Assembly: GCA_043814095.1 (NCBI GenBank)
Contig: JBDRKI010000044.1
Coordinates: 1 to 25,756, forward strand
Length of the DNA: 25,756 nt
From: Armatimonadota bacterium
Lineage (GTDB): Bacteria > Vulcanimicrobiota > JACPDS01 > JBDRKI01
Direction: 5' to 3'
Shown: positions 1 through 7,876 of the stretch, piece after piece
Numbering within the stretch: position 1 is the stretch's first letter
Layout: each line of letters begins with the position of its first letter
The notes under the pieces: model-generated
Seen by the model: only the letters and a program-made list of their open reading frames with translations
What the model was told of the DNA's origin: nothing
Database searches by the model: none
Made by a program: the position numbers and the translations under genes

Positions 1-411
1 ATAAGAGAATCCCGTTTTTTTAATATTCTGTGCGGTGGATTTACTTATTAATGTACCGTTAGTTGATAAAACGTATTTTAATCCTTTGCTCCCGGCATAG
101 GAAGCAAGATGGAAAAGATCGCTTCTTGTAAGGGGCTCGCCACCTGAGAATAATATATGTGGAACTTTAAAAGAAGCAAGATCATCAATGACTTTTTCCG
201 CTTGTTTTGTGGTTAATTCGTTTTCTATATGGACGTCTTTGGAGTCATAGTAGCAGTGTATACAGCTTAAGTTGCACCTTTTTGTCAGGTTCCACACGAC
301 CACCGGTTTTATGCTTGACAGGGAAAGCTCTTTGCCTTTAAGTCTTTTCCTGTATCTTATGTAATCTCCGGGAGTGCTTATCCCGCAGTAAAGTTTTGTC
401 ACATTAACCAT
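1..411 (-). CDS. ahbC: Radical SAM protein, AhbC/NirJ1 (alternative heme biosynthesis) family; 5' part only, runs off the window edge
   Basis: Not in the ORF track. Manual translation from the ATG at 411 gives MVNVTKLYCGISTPGDYIRY...KPVVVWNLTKRCNLSCIHCY...ILFSGGEPL...LSTNGTLI...GFSY. It has the CxxxCxxC and GGEP motifs and the KLYCG...PVVVWN N-terminus typical of AhbC/NirJ1. The frame is open to position 1. Confidence 0.8.
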   Translation of the reverse strand, partial: MVNVTKLYCGISTPGDYIRYRKRLKGKELSLSSIKPVVVWNLTKRCNLSCIHCYYDSKDVHIENELTTKQAEKVIDDLASFKVPHILFSGGEPLTRSDLFHLASYAGSKGLKYVLSTNGTLISKSTAQNIKKTGFSY

Positions 412-585
412 TATTTTTTCCTGTAAATTATATAATAATAAAGTAATTACACAGCATAAATTTAATTAGTTTATATAATAACATACCATGGGAAAATATG
501 GAAGCCTCTTAATAGTTGTAAATTCTAATAATAAATGTTAATATGGTTTTCGCACAACATAAATATATATAACAAGGAGATCTGT

Positions 586-1293
586 ATGTCTAATGAAACA
601 ATGATTTTACTCATAACCGCGGCATCCATAGGTTTTTTTCATACATTAATGGGACCGGATCATTATGTCCCGTTTATTGTTATGGCAAAAGCGCGCAAAT
701 GGTCAATGCCTAAAACAATTACGGTTACAGCTCTTTGCGGCGTGGGCCATATAGGGAGCTCAGTTCTGCTGGGCTTTATAGGTGTTGCTTTGGGCTTAGC
801 GGTAGGGAAGCTGGAAGTTTTTGAGGGTTTCAGGGGCAATATAGCTGGCTGGCTCCTTCTTGCATTCGGCTTTGCCTATTTTATATGGGGCATCCGCCAG
901 GCAATAAAGAATAAACCTCATACTCACGCTCATTTTCATGAAAACGGCATAAAACACGATCACGAACACAAGCATAAAGACGAACATGTCCATGCTCATG
1001 AAAAAGAAAAGAAAAATATAACCCCCTGGATACTTTTTACCATATTCGTTTTCGGTCCGTGCGAACCCCTAATACCCTTACTTATGTATCCCGCCTCACA
1101 GCATAATATGTTTTCATTGATACTTGTAACAGCTACTTTCGGGATAGTAACTCTTTCAACCATGCTCGGCATGGTTGTTCTGGCAACTAAAGGAATAAGT
1201 CTTATTCCTACTGCTAAAATTGAAAGGTATGCTCACGCTATAGCCGGGTTTACTATTTTCTTATGCGGCGTGGCAATACAGATGGGTCTTTAA
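586..1293 (+). CDS. His-rich membrane protein, Ni/Co transporter-like (UreH/NicO/RcnA-type superfamily)
   Basis: N-terminal GFFHTLMGPDHY motif, GHIGSS, a central His-rich loop (HTHAHFHENGIKHDHEHKHKDEHVHAH), GPCEP motif and about 6 hydrophobic helices. AAGGAG precedes the ATG at 586, preferred over the 535 start. Confidence 0.75.
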   Translation: MSNETMILLITAASIGFFHTLMGPDHYVPFIVMAKARKWSMPKTITVTALCGVGHIGSSVLLGFIGVALGLAVGKLEVFEGFRGNIAGWLLLAFGFAYFIWGIRQAIKNKPHTHAHFHENGIKHDHEHKHKDEHVHAHEKEKKNITPWILFTIFVFGPCEPLIPLLMYPASQHNMFSLILVTATFGIVTLSTMLGMVVLATKGISLIPTAKIERYAHAIAGFTIFLCGVAIQMGL

Positions 1294-1298
1294 ATATT

Positions 1299-1931
1299 AT
1301 GCAAGAAATTCAAAATATTTACAAAAAGATAAAAAAGGATATAAAAATACGGCTCATGGAGTTTAAAAATATCTGGGAGGAAGGCTCCGAAGAAGATATA
1401 TTTACCGAGCTTGTCTTTTGCTTGTTAACTCCTCAATCCCGGGCTAAATCCTGCTGGGCGGCCGTCCAGAGGCTTGCAGGAAAAAATCTTCTTAAAAACG
1501 GCACAAATACACAGATTGAGAAAGAGCTTGCGGGAGTGAGGTTCCATCATAATAAAGCAAGGTATATTGTTGAAGCCAGGAAAATATTTCTTGCAAACGG
1601 CGGGTTTGCCGTAAGGGAAAAAATAGATCATAAAAACATATGTAATGCACGCGAATGGCTTGTAAAAAACGTTAAGGGCCTGGGCTACAAGGAAGCGAGC
1701 CATTTTTTGAGAAATGTGGGATTCGGCAAGGAAATAGCCATTCTTGACAGGCATATATTGAAAAATCTTAAGAAGTACGGCGCGGTTAAAGATGTGCCCC
1801 CGACTCTTACAAAAAATAATTACTGCGCTATAGAAAACAGGATGAAGGCATTTACGAAAAAGGTAAATATACCGCTTGATCATCTTGATTTTATCCTCTG
1901 GTATAAAGAGGCAGGGGAAGTATTTAAGTAG
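1299..1931 (+). CDS. ogg: N-glycosylase/DNA lyase (8-oxoguanine DNA glycosylase, Ogg archaeal/Thermotoga type)
   Basis: ELVFCLLTPQS, RFHHNKARYI, the helix-hairpin-helix VKGLGYKEASHFLRNVG, AILDRHIL and the C-terminal LDFILWY...GEVFK. The ATG at 1299, 5 nt after the upstream stop, is preferred. Confidence 0.88.
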   Translation: MQEIQNIYKKIKKDIKIRLMEFKNIWEEGSEEDIFTELVFCLLTPQSRAKSCWAAVQRLAGKNLLKNGTNTQIEKELAGVRFHHNKARYIVEARKIFLANGGFAVREKIDHKNICNAREWLVKNVKGLGYKEASHFLRNVGFGKEIAILDRHILKNLKKYGAVKDVPPTLTKNNYCAIENRMKAFTKKVNIPLDHLDFILWYKEAGEVFK

Positions 1932-2008
1932 GAAATAAGCTTTATTGCGTATATTGCGAAAAGGATGTTTTTAAAAAACAGAGAAAATGAACCATATTGA
2001 GGATAATA

Positions 2009-2329
2009 ATGAGAAAAATATTACAGGAAATAATAAAAGAAATTAAAGAAAAATATGACCCTATTAAGATAATACTTTACGGTTCTTACGCTTACGGTGA
2101 ACCGACAGAGGACAGCGATATAGACCTGTTAATTATTAAAGATACAAATAAGAGGCCTATAGACAGGTGGGTGGAAATAAAAAAAATACTGCGTAATGTG
2201 TCTAGAAAAACAGCCGTTTCCCCGCTTGTTTATAATCCGGGGGAAATAGAAGAAAGAATGGCTATGAAGGATTTTTTTATGGAAGAAATCTTTGAAAAAG
2301 GAAAGGTTCTTTATGGACGAAGCTTATAA
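2009..2329 (+). CDS. Minimal nucleotidyltransferase (MNT) domain protein, antitoxin of HEPN/MNT pairs
   Basis: IILYGSYAYGEPTEDSDIDLLII (GS...DxD motif), about 106 aa, ending EIFEKGKVLY. Confidence 0.88.
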   Translation: MRKILQEIIKEIKEKYDPIKIILYGSYAYGEPTEDSDIDLLIIKDTNKRPIDRWVEIKKILRNVSRKTAVSPLVYNPGEIEERMAMKDFFMEEIFEKGKVLYGRSL

Positions 2330-2454
2330 AAAACAGACTTTAGAATGGTTTGTAAGAGGGGATCATGATATAGAGACTGCCGAACTTCTTTATAATCAAA
2401 AAGGATTTGGATGGAGCAAAGAAATTAATAGATAAAATAAAAACAAAACAATAA
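2313..2454 (+). pseudogene. HEPN-domain toxin remnant with internal deletion
   Basis: The ATG at 2313 overlaps the MNT end and gives MDEAYKKQTLEWFVRGDHDIETAELLYNQKG (HEPN-like first helix), stopping at 2435. A different frame at 2401-2454 gives KDLDGAKKLIDKIKTKQ*, resembling a HEPN C-terminal helix. The central part is absent. Confidence 0.65.
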
Positions 2455-2481
2455 TCCGCCGGTAAGGCGGATTATTGTTTT
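2445..2481. terminator. Bidirectional intrinsic terminator
   Basis: Perfect 16-bp inverted repeat AAAACAATAATCCGCC-ggtaa-GGCGGATTATTGTTTT between convergent genes. Confidence 0.85.
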
Positions 2482-2509
2482 TATCATTCAAACCAGTTAT
2501 TATAAAAGC

Positions 2510-4207
2510 TTATTTCACAAACTGTTCGGCGTAATACTGCGGGTTTAATCTTTCGCCTGTCGCTTTCTCTATCATGTCATTCCAGTAATATTTCGCGCTC
2601 GGTTTAAATACATTCTCTTTCAGCCATGCTCCCGCTTCGGGCTTGTTCACAAAATCAACTTCTTTCCAATCGGAGACTTTAAGAACATCATTGCCTATTT
2701 TATACATAAGCTGTGAAGCGAACATTTCCCCTAAAAGGTAATTATGATAATACACGGGCGCGATGGTAAAGTGAATTTTTGCCGACCAGTCCGCATTATC
2801 TCTTCCTTCGGGCTGTTTCACAAACTGGTATCTTCCTTTTAAGTCCCACCAGAGATTGTTTAGGTCCTGATCTGGGTTTTCGTACAGCGCTTTCTCAAAA
2901 CGCGCCATTACCTGTGACCATCTTGCGAAAATAAGCATACCGAGTTTCTGGTTTTCCGCAAGAATTTCATTTACTTCGTCTATCCTGTCTTCGGGAAGGA
3001 GGCCCATTTTATTCAGCCAGTATGCGTTTTTTGTGCCTCTCTCCATCATCATTGCTATGGCTTCGGTTGTGAGTATATGGGCAGGGTCTCTTAATGTCCA
3101 GGTGAGCGTCATATCCAGGTTTTCGTCATATACCGCGTGACCGGATTCGTGAAGGAGTGTCCCTGTCCACTGTTCGTTATCTTTCATGTTAAGCAGCATT
3201 CTTACATCCCCTGATTTATCTATATGTGTGCAGTAAGCGTGGGGCTGTTTGCCCGGAGCTTCATAAAGGGAGCTTCTTTTAAGAATGCCGTCTATGGGCA
3301 GGCCTATGCCTTCGTAGAATTTGGTGACTATTTCTATATTGTTTTTGCCCTTGAAGAATTCATCAAGCTCCACAGTCTCACTTATATTCGGGGCGGACTG
3401 GAAATAGGGGTCAGCATAATCCCATACCATGACTTCTTCTTTTTCTATGTGGTGTTTCTTGGCCAGCGCCGTATCCATTTTGTCTTTTAATTTCTTAAAT
3501 GGTTCATCCGTAAGTACCGCCAGCTTATCAAATACTTCGTATAATTCATCCTGGTTTATCTCCCTTGCTTCCAGCATCATGGAATAATAATTATCGTAAC
3601 CTAACTGCTGCGCGGCTTTGTTTCTCAGCTTTACAAGATTGATTAATTTGGGGGCTACTTCATTTGCAACCTGTTTGCTTGCTTCCCACGCTTTCTGGCG
3701 CAGAACCACATCATCTGAAGAAGCAAGAATTTCGTAAATCTCGTTATTTGTCACTTCTTTGCCGTCAATCTTCCCGCGGAAAGTTGAGAATGTTTTTTCG
3801 GTTTCTGTCTCGGCGTCCACTATCTGCTTCAAGAGGTCTTTATCAATCTGTTTAGGCAGGTAGCTGTTGTATATGACATCTATGGATCTTTTGATTATAG
3901 GGTCATTTAACTGCCCGGATTCCTTAAACATCTTTATTTTCTCAAAATCTTCTTTATTTGAATGTATCGTGTCAAGTTCCAAGCTGTATCTGGCGTAAAT
4001 GTCGTAATCTTCGTCTTTACCCGATATGGACGCGTTCCAGTAAGCGATCCCCGCTTCTTTGAATACAGGCGATACTTTTGCTTCATAGTACTGTATGAAT
4101 TCACGGGCTTTGGTATCCATGTCTTCCCCTTCTGTGTTGTTTTGAGCACAAGCCATGCATATGCTCAAAATAAAAATAACCAGGAGCAGTAATGATAATT
4201 TTCTCAT
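2510..4207 (-). CDS. Exported zinc metallopeptidase, M2 (peptidyl-dipeptidase A)/M3-like family
   Basis: HExxH (LLHESGHAVY), downstream TEAIAM Glu ligand, KIHF...PVYYHNYLLGEMFASQL. Signal or lipoprotein-like N-terminus MRKLSLLLLVIFILSICMAC. GAGGAGGGG RBS before the ATG at 4207. Confidence 0.85.
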   Translation of the reverse strand: MRKLSLLLLVIFILSICMACAQNNTEGEDMDTKAREFIQYYEAKVSPVFKEAGIAYWNASISGKDEDYDIYARYSLELDTIHSNKEDFEKIKMFKESGQLNDPIIKRSIDVIYNSYLPKQIDKDLLKQIVDAETETEKTFSTFRGKIDGKEVTNNEIYEILASSDDVVLRQKAWEASKQVANEVAPKLINLVKLRNKAAQQLGYDNYYSMMLEAREINQDELYEVFDKLAVLTDEPFKKLKDKMDTALAKKHHIEKEEVMVWDYADPYFQSAPNISETVELDEFFKGKNNIEIVTKFYEGIGLPIDGILKRSSLYEAPGKQPHAYCTHIDKSGDVRMLLNMKDNEQWTGTLLHESGHAVYDENLDMTLTWTLRDPAHILTTEAIAMMMERGTKNAYWLNKMGLLPEDRIDEVNEILAENQKLGMLIFARWSQVMARFEKALYENPDQDLNNLWWDLKGRYQFVKQPEGRDNADWSAKIHFTIAPVYYHNYLLGEMFASQLMYKIGNDVLKVSDWKEVDFVNKPEAGAWLKENVFKPSAKYYWNDMIEKATGERLNPQYYAEQFVK

Positions 4208-4342
4208 AGAACCCCTCCTCAAATTTAGTTTGTACATTAATAAATTTGTATAGTCCCATAATAATTCCTTTATTTTCGAATTAATAAGCAGGGAAACATA
4301 TATAAAAAAAGAATAAATATAATTAATATACGGGGGTATGTT

Positions 4343-5188
4343 ATGCATTTAAGGAAAAAAGGCTTTACAATGATAGAACTGGTCGTGGTGATAGCCATTC
4401 TCGCTGTTTTTACGGCCATAGTGGTAGTTCAGTATAGAGGATATATAAAAAGGCAGCAGGTAAAAGCCGCCACGGAAGAGATTGTAGCAGAGCTCCGTCT
4501 TGCGCAGTCCGAAGCCGTAAAGTTTGAGCAGTATTATTCAGCTGTTTTTTCTCCAGGTAAGCTTGTTATAAAGAAGGATGTGGATGAGGCAGGCGCAGGC
4601 GGGGAGATAGTTAAAGAGATTTATTTTAATGTCCCGGTTGATATAAGTTTTTCAAACGGTAAAAATATTGTTATTTTTGATCCTTTCGGCAGGATAAATT
4701 TTTTATCCGGAGGGAACAGTTTAAACGGAGGAATATCCTTAAACTTGATTATTCCGCGTCAGCTTGCTGTGCGGAGGTTCATTAAAGCTTCTCCTAAGCT
4801 TATTATCGGCGCGGCGCACGCGAAGGAACCGGCCTTGATCGCACAATTCATTACCCCGAACCCGATCTTGACTCCGACTACAACTACAAATACGCCTACG
4901 TCGCCGGGTTTCATTGATCTGGGTCAACCGGCTATTACCCCAACACCCACCCCGACTCCAATTAGCAATCCAAAGGGACTTCCGGGCACAACTACGCCTA
5001 CGCCAGGTTCCACGCGTCCGCAAATTCCAAAACCGACAGCAACAGGACCCATGCCGACAATTACCCCGCCGGTTCCGCCTGTTCCTCCGGTCCCTATGAC
5101 AGAGACGGTTACAATTACCGTAACTTCAGGCGGTAAAAACGGTTATATTGATATACAGCCGGGTGGCAAGATAACTCACAGGTATTAA
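4343..5188 (+). CDS. Type IV prepilin-like protein, FimT/GspH type, with a Pro/Thr-rich insertion
   Basis: Class III signal KKG|FTMIELVVVIAILAV (G-1, F+1, E+5), ELRLAQSEAVK helix, IVIFDPFGR motif and a terminal TITVT...IDIQPGGKI hairpin. Confidence 0.85.
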   Translation: MHLRKKGFTMIELVVVIAILAVFTAIVVVQYRGYIKRQQVKAATEEIVAELRLAQSEAVKFEQYYSAVFSPGKLVIKKDVDEAGAGGEIVKEIYFNVPVDISFSNGKNIVIFDPFGRINFLSGGNSLNGGISLNLIIPRQLAVRRFIKASPKLIIGAAHAKEPALIAQFITPNPILTPTTTTNTPTSPGFIDLGQPAITPTPTPTPISNPKGLPGTTTPTPGSTRPQIPKPTATGPMPTITPPVPPVPPVPMTETVTITVTSGGKNGYIDIQPGGKITHRY

Positions 5189-5193
5189 GATTT

Positions 5194-5946
5194 ATGAATT
5201 TTAATAAAAAACATAAGGAAAGAAATAACGATAAGGGCATTGCCCTTATGACCACGCTTTTTATATCAATCCTTATATTTCTGCTTGCCGGAGGACTGCT
5301 TCTTTATACCCGGCGCGAATATCAAATAGGCGGCGGGCAGTTAACAAGCATGCAGGCGCAATATGCGGCAGATGCGGGTATTCAATATGCGATAGCAAGT
5401 ATGCAGAAAGTAATGGCGGATAATTCCGATTTTCAGGATATAAAAATCAAATCTTATTACTGGCCGTTAAGCAATACAAGTTTATACGACCCGAACAATT
5501 TGGAAGCATCAAGCACAGTAGCCGTGCCTCCATATAATCAACCTTACTGGTGGCCGCATACTCATACTGCTCTGCCCGGCGATCAAAGTTATATCTGGAA
5601 GTGTAAAAATTTATATAAATTAGCAAATGATCCCGAATGGAGATGGGTTCTGCGGTATAGCGGAGCTCTGCCTTCTTCATATAATTTAAATGTTCCGCTG
5701 AAAGGCATAGGCGCTGCCTCCGCTTCTTTTTTAACAGAATGGAGCTTAGACAATACAATCTCTTCTTTTAATATTGATGACGCGTCGGTTTACTTATGGT
5801 GGTATGATCAGCTTGTTACGATTAAATCCACGGGAGAGGTTGGATATGGATCTAATGTCGCGGGTAAAAGAAGTTATGAGGCGGAGCTTAAAATATTCGC
5901 CAAAAGAAAACCGACAAGGTGGTATTATGGCTCCAAGGGCTATTGA
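5194..5946 (+). CDS. PilX/GspK-like minor pilin
   Basis: DKG|IALMTTLFISILIFLLAGG, lacking E+5 as is typical of PilX/GspK. It also has QAQYAADAGIQYA (PilX N-terminal motif) and a C-terminal VTIKSTG. Confidence 0.8.
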   Translation: MNFNKKHKERNNDKGIALMTTLFISILIFLLAGGLLLYTRREYQIGGGQLTSMQAQYAADAGIQYAIASMQKVMADNSDFQDIKIKSYYWPLSNTSLYDPNNLEASSTVAVPPYNQPYWWPHTHTALPGDQSYIWKCKNLYKLANDPEWRWVLRYSGALPSSYNLNVPLKGIGAASASFLTEWSLDNTISSFNIDDASVYLWWYDQLVTIKSTGEVGYGSNVAGKRSYEAELKIFAKRKPTRWYYGSKGY

Positions 5947-6598
5947 CAAAAAAAACAAAACGGGTTTTTCCCTGCTTGAATTAATTGTGTCTTTGATGAT
6001 TATGGTAACTGTTGTATTCAGCGTGGCAGCTTTATTTGTGTTGAGCACAAAAACCATCAAGCAGTCATCGGATGTTGCAACTTTAACATTTTTAGCTCAG
6101 TTAAAAGCAGAAGAGCTGAAATCCAAACGTTTTTCTTTTTTGCCGGCAGAGACAGATCCCGCGCTTGCAGGAGGAGTTCATGAAGGTAATTTCGGACAGG
6201 AGTTAAATGACGCTGATTTTTCCCTGTATAATTACAAGGCGGAAATAGAAGATTCCATGAAAGACTCGAGCAATAAGACTACTCTGTTGAAAAAGGCGGT
6301 CATTACCGCATACGGTCCCGGAAAGTCCGGTAATGCGGGTACTCCAAGAGTTTCTTTGACCGTCTTTATTCGCTGTTATGACACCAGAAATAATATAGTT
6401 ATAGGGCCTCAGCCCTTTCCGCTTCAGCGCAGGGCCGCGACGGTATATACGGATAAAGTTGAAATAGTGAACGGACGACCGGTTGCCAGAAACTGGTCGG
6501 AAGAAGAAAAAACACTGGCTAAGTTTTACCCGGTGGAGATATTTGATAAAACAAAAAGAAACTTTAATAACTTGTTGACTAATTCACCTCAAATTTAG
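5927..6598 (+). CDS. PilV/GspI-like minor pilin
   Basis: KTG|FSLLELIVSLMIM class III signal and LAQLKAEELK helix. The ATG at 5927 places the cleavage motif near the N-terminus, preferred over 5774. Confidence 0.82.
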   Translation: MAPRAIDKKNKTGFSLLELIVSLMIMVTVVFSVAALFVLSTKTIKQSSDVATLTFLAQLKAEELKSKRFSFLPAETDPALAGGVHEGNFGQELNDADFSLYNYKAEIEDSMKDSSNKTTLLKKAVITAYGPGKSGNAGTPRVSLTVFIRCYDTRNNIVIGPQPFPLQRRAATVYTDKVEIVNGRPVARNWSEEEKTLAKFYPVEIFDKTKRNFNNLLTNSPQI

Positions 6599-6611
6599 GA
6601 GTTTTTTGCTT

Positions 6612-7301
6612 ATGACGGGATATACGCAAAAATACGAAAAAAACAAAGGCATGACCCTAATAGAAGTAATTATTTTTGTGGCTTTATTCTCTGTCTTTAT
6701 AATGTTTACGGCAATGATATTTAAAAACGCTGTTAATGTATACCGGTTCGGCAAAACCAGGACAGATATTAAACACAATGCCGCAATATCCCTTGATTCT
6801 ATATGCAGGGATCTGATGACCGCGCGGTATGTAGAAGTTGAAGGAGGCGCGCCTTATCCGGTATCTTTAAATAAATGTAATCTGGTTATAAATTACAGCA
6901 AAAAACAGGCTGATGATTCCACTAAACTCGGTATCATATACAGAATTGCCGTAGATAAAAATGGAGTAAAACAGTTAGTCAGAAAAAAGATAATAAGCAC
7001 GGTTTTGGCCGATAATCTGAGCATACCGTATGAGCCCGTGGCAGAGTATATAGATGATGTAATTGTTTCAAAAATTACAACCCCGGACCCCTATAATCCG
7101 GGTAAAAATCTTCATGAATCTTACAGAGTTAAAGTTACCGCTAAAATAGAAAAAGGCGCCGTTTTCGGGGTTCCGGAGGGAAAACTTGTTCTTATATCTC
7201 AGATTACCCCGCGTGCTTATACAGAAGATGCTGTTCTTAAGCCGGTTGTTATTTGTGACGGCACAGTTAGCGGCTTTTACGGTTTAAAACCGCAGCCGTA
7301 A
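6612..7301 (+). CDS. PilW/GspJ-like minor pilin
   Basis: NKG|MTLIEVIIFVALF class III signal and AAISLDSICRDLMTA helix. AGGAG RBS at about 6597. Confidence 0.82.
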   Translation: MTGYTQKYEKNKGMTLIEVIIFVALFSVFIMFTAMIFKNAVNVYRFGKTRTDIKHNAAISLDSICRDLMTARYVEVEGGAPYPVSLNKCNLVINYSKKQADDSTKLGIIYRIAVDKNGVKQLVRKKIISTVLADNLSIPYEPVAEYIDDVIVSKITTPDPYNPGKNLHESYRVKVTAKIEKGAVFGVPEGKLVLISQITPRAYTEDAVLKPVVICDGTVSGFYGLKPQP

Positions 7302-7336
7302 AAATATATAATACTGTTTATTATAGGAGATCAATT

Positions 7337-7855
7337 ATGAAAGAAAAAACATTTTACAGTAAATTAGACTTAATAAGAAAAATAAGGAAGAAATATCCCG
7401 CTCCGACAAAGCTTTTCTTTTTCTTGCTTGCCGGAGCTCCGTTTCTTTCGGGGCTGGCTTCTCCCGGCGCGCAATCCGGTTCGGAAGCCATGGCAGATGT
7501 GCCGCTTTATAAATCGGAACCCGTGAAAAACTGTAAAATAGTTTTAACAGATGAGGAAATAAGCATGCCTCAAAATGCGGTATCAGTGAAAGATACGGCA
7601 TTTGTTAATTGCCTGACGAACTGTAACTGCGCGACCATTAACTGTAACTGCAGTCAATATTTTAAGGAGTGTACTCTACTGGCGTGTCAATGCAATGCTA
7701 ACCATCAGTGGGGGGGATACGGGGCCTGCGGCGGCTACCCCTGTGACTGTTACCATAACTGTAACTGTGTTACACAGTGTCAGTGTGATCAAAATACCGG
7801 CAGCGCAATTTTTGAATGCAATTGCGTGACAAACTGCCAGAATCCAAATATGTAG
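7337..7855 (+). CDS. Cys-rich CxC-repeat protein, candidate radical-SAM-modified precursor (RiPP-like)
   Basis: 172 aa with an AGGAG RBS. Basic then hydrophobic N-terminus. Residues 92-167 hold 18 Cys, including seven CxC motifs (CNC x4, CQC x2, CDC). It lies 21 nt upstream of the radical SAM genes. Confidence 0.7.
   Translation: MKEKTFYSKLDLIRKIRKKYPAPTKLFFFLLAGAPFLSGLASPGAQSGSEAMADVPLYKSEPVKNCKIVLTDEEISMPQNAVSVKDTAFVNCLTNCNCATINCNCSQYFKECTLLACQCNANHQWGGYGACGGYPCDCYHNCNCVTQCQCDQNTGSAIFECNCVTNCQNPNM
7619..7768 (+). repeat. Short coding repeats AACTGTAACTG(C/T) encoding NCNC
   Basis: Copies at 7619-7630, 7640-7651 and 7757-7768. Confidence 0.8.
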
Positions 7856-7876
7856 CCCGGAAGGATTTAGTTTTTT

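Noticed and set aside
4208-4348. N-terminal extension of the peptidase ORF to 4348
   Set aside because: A strong RBS and signal peptide begin at 4207; the extension covers the divergent promoter region and overlaps the pilin start.
5774-5926. Long N-terminal extension of the PilV-like ORF given by the ORF track
   Set aside because: It overlaps the PilX-like gene by about 170 nt, and the class III signal lies just after the ATG at 5927.
7607-7840. AACTGTAACTG repeats as a possible CRISPR or non-coding repeat array
   Set aside because: The copies are only 11-12 nt, irregularly spaced and in frame with NCNC codons. No cas genes are present.
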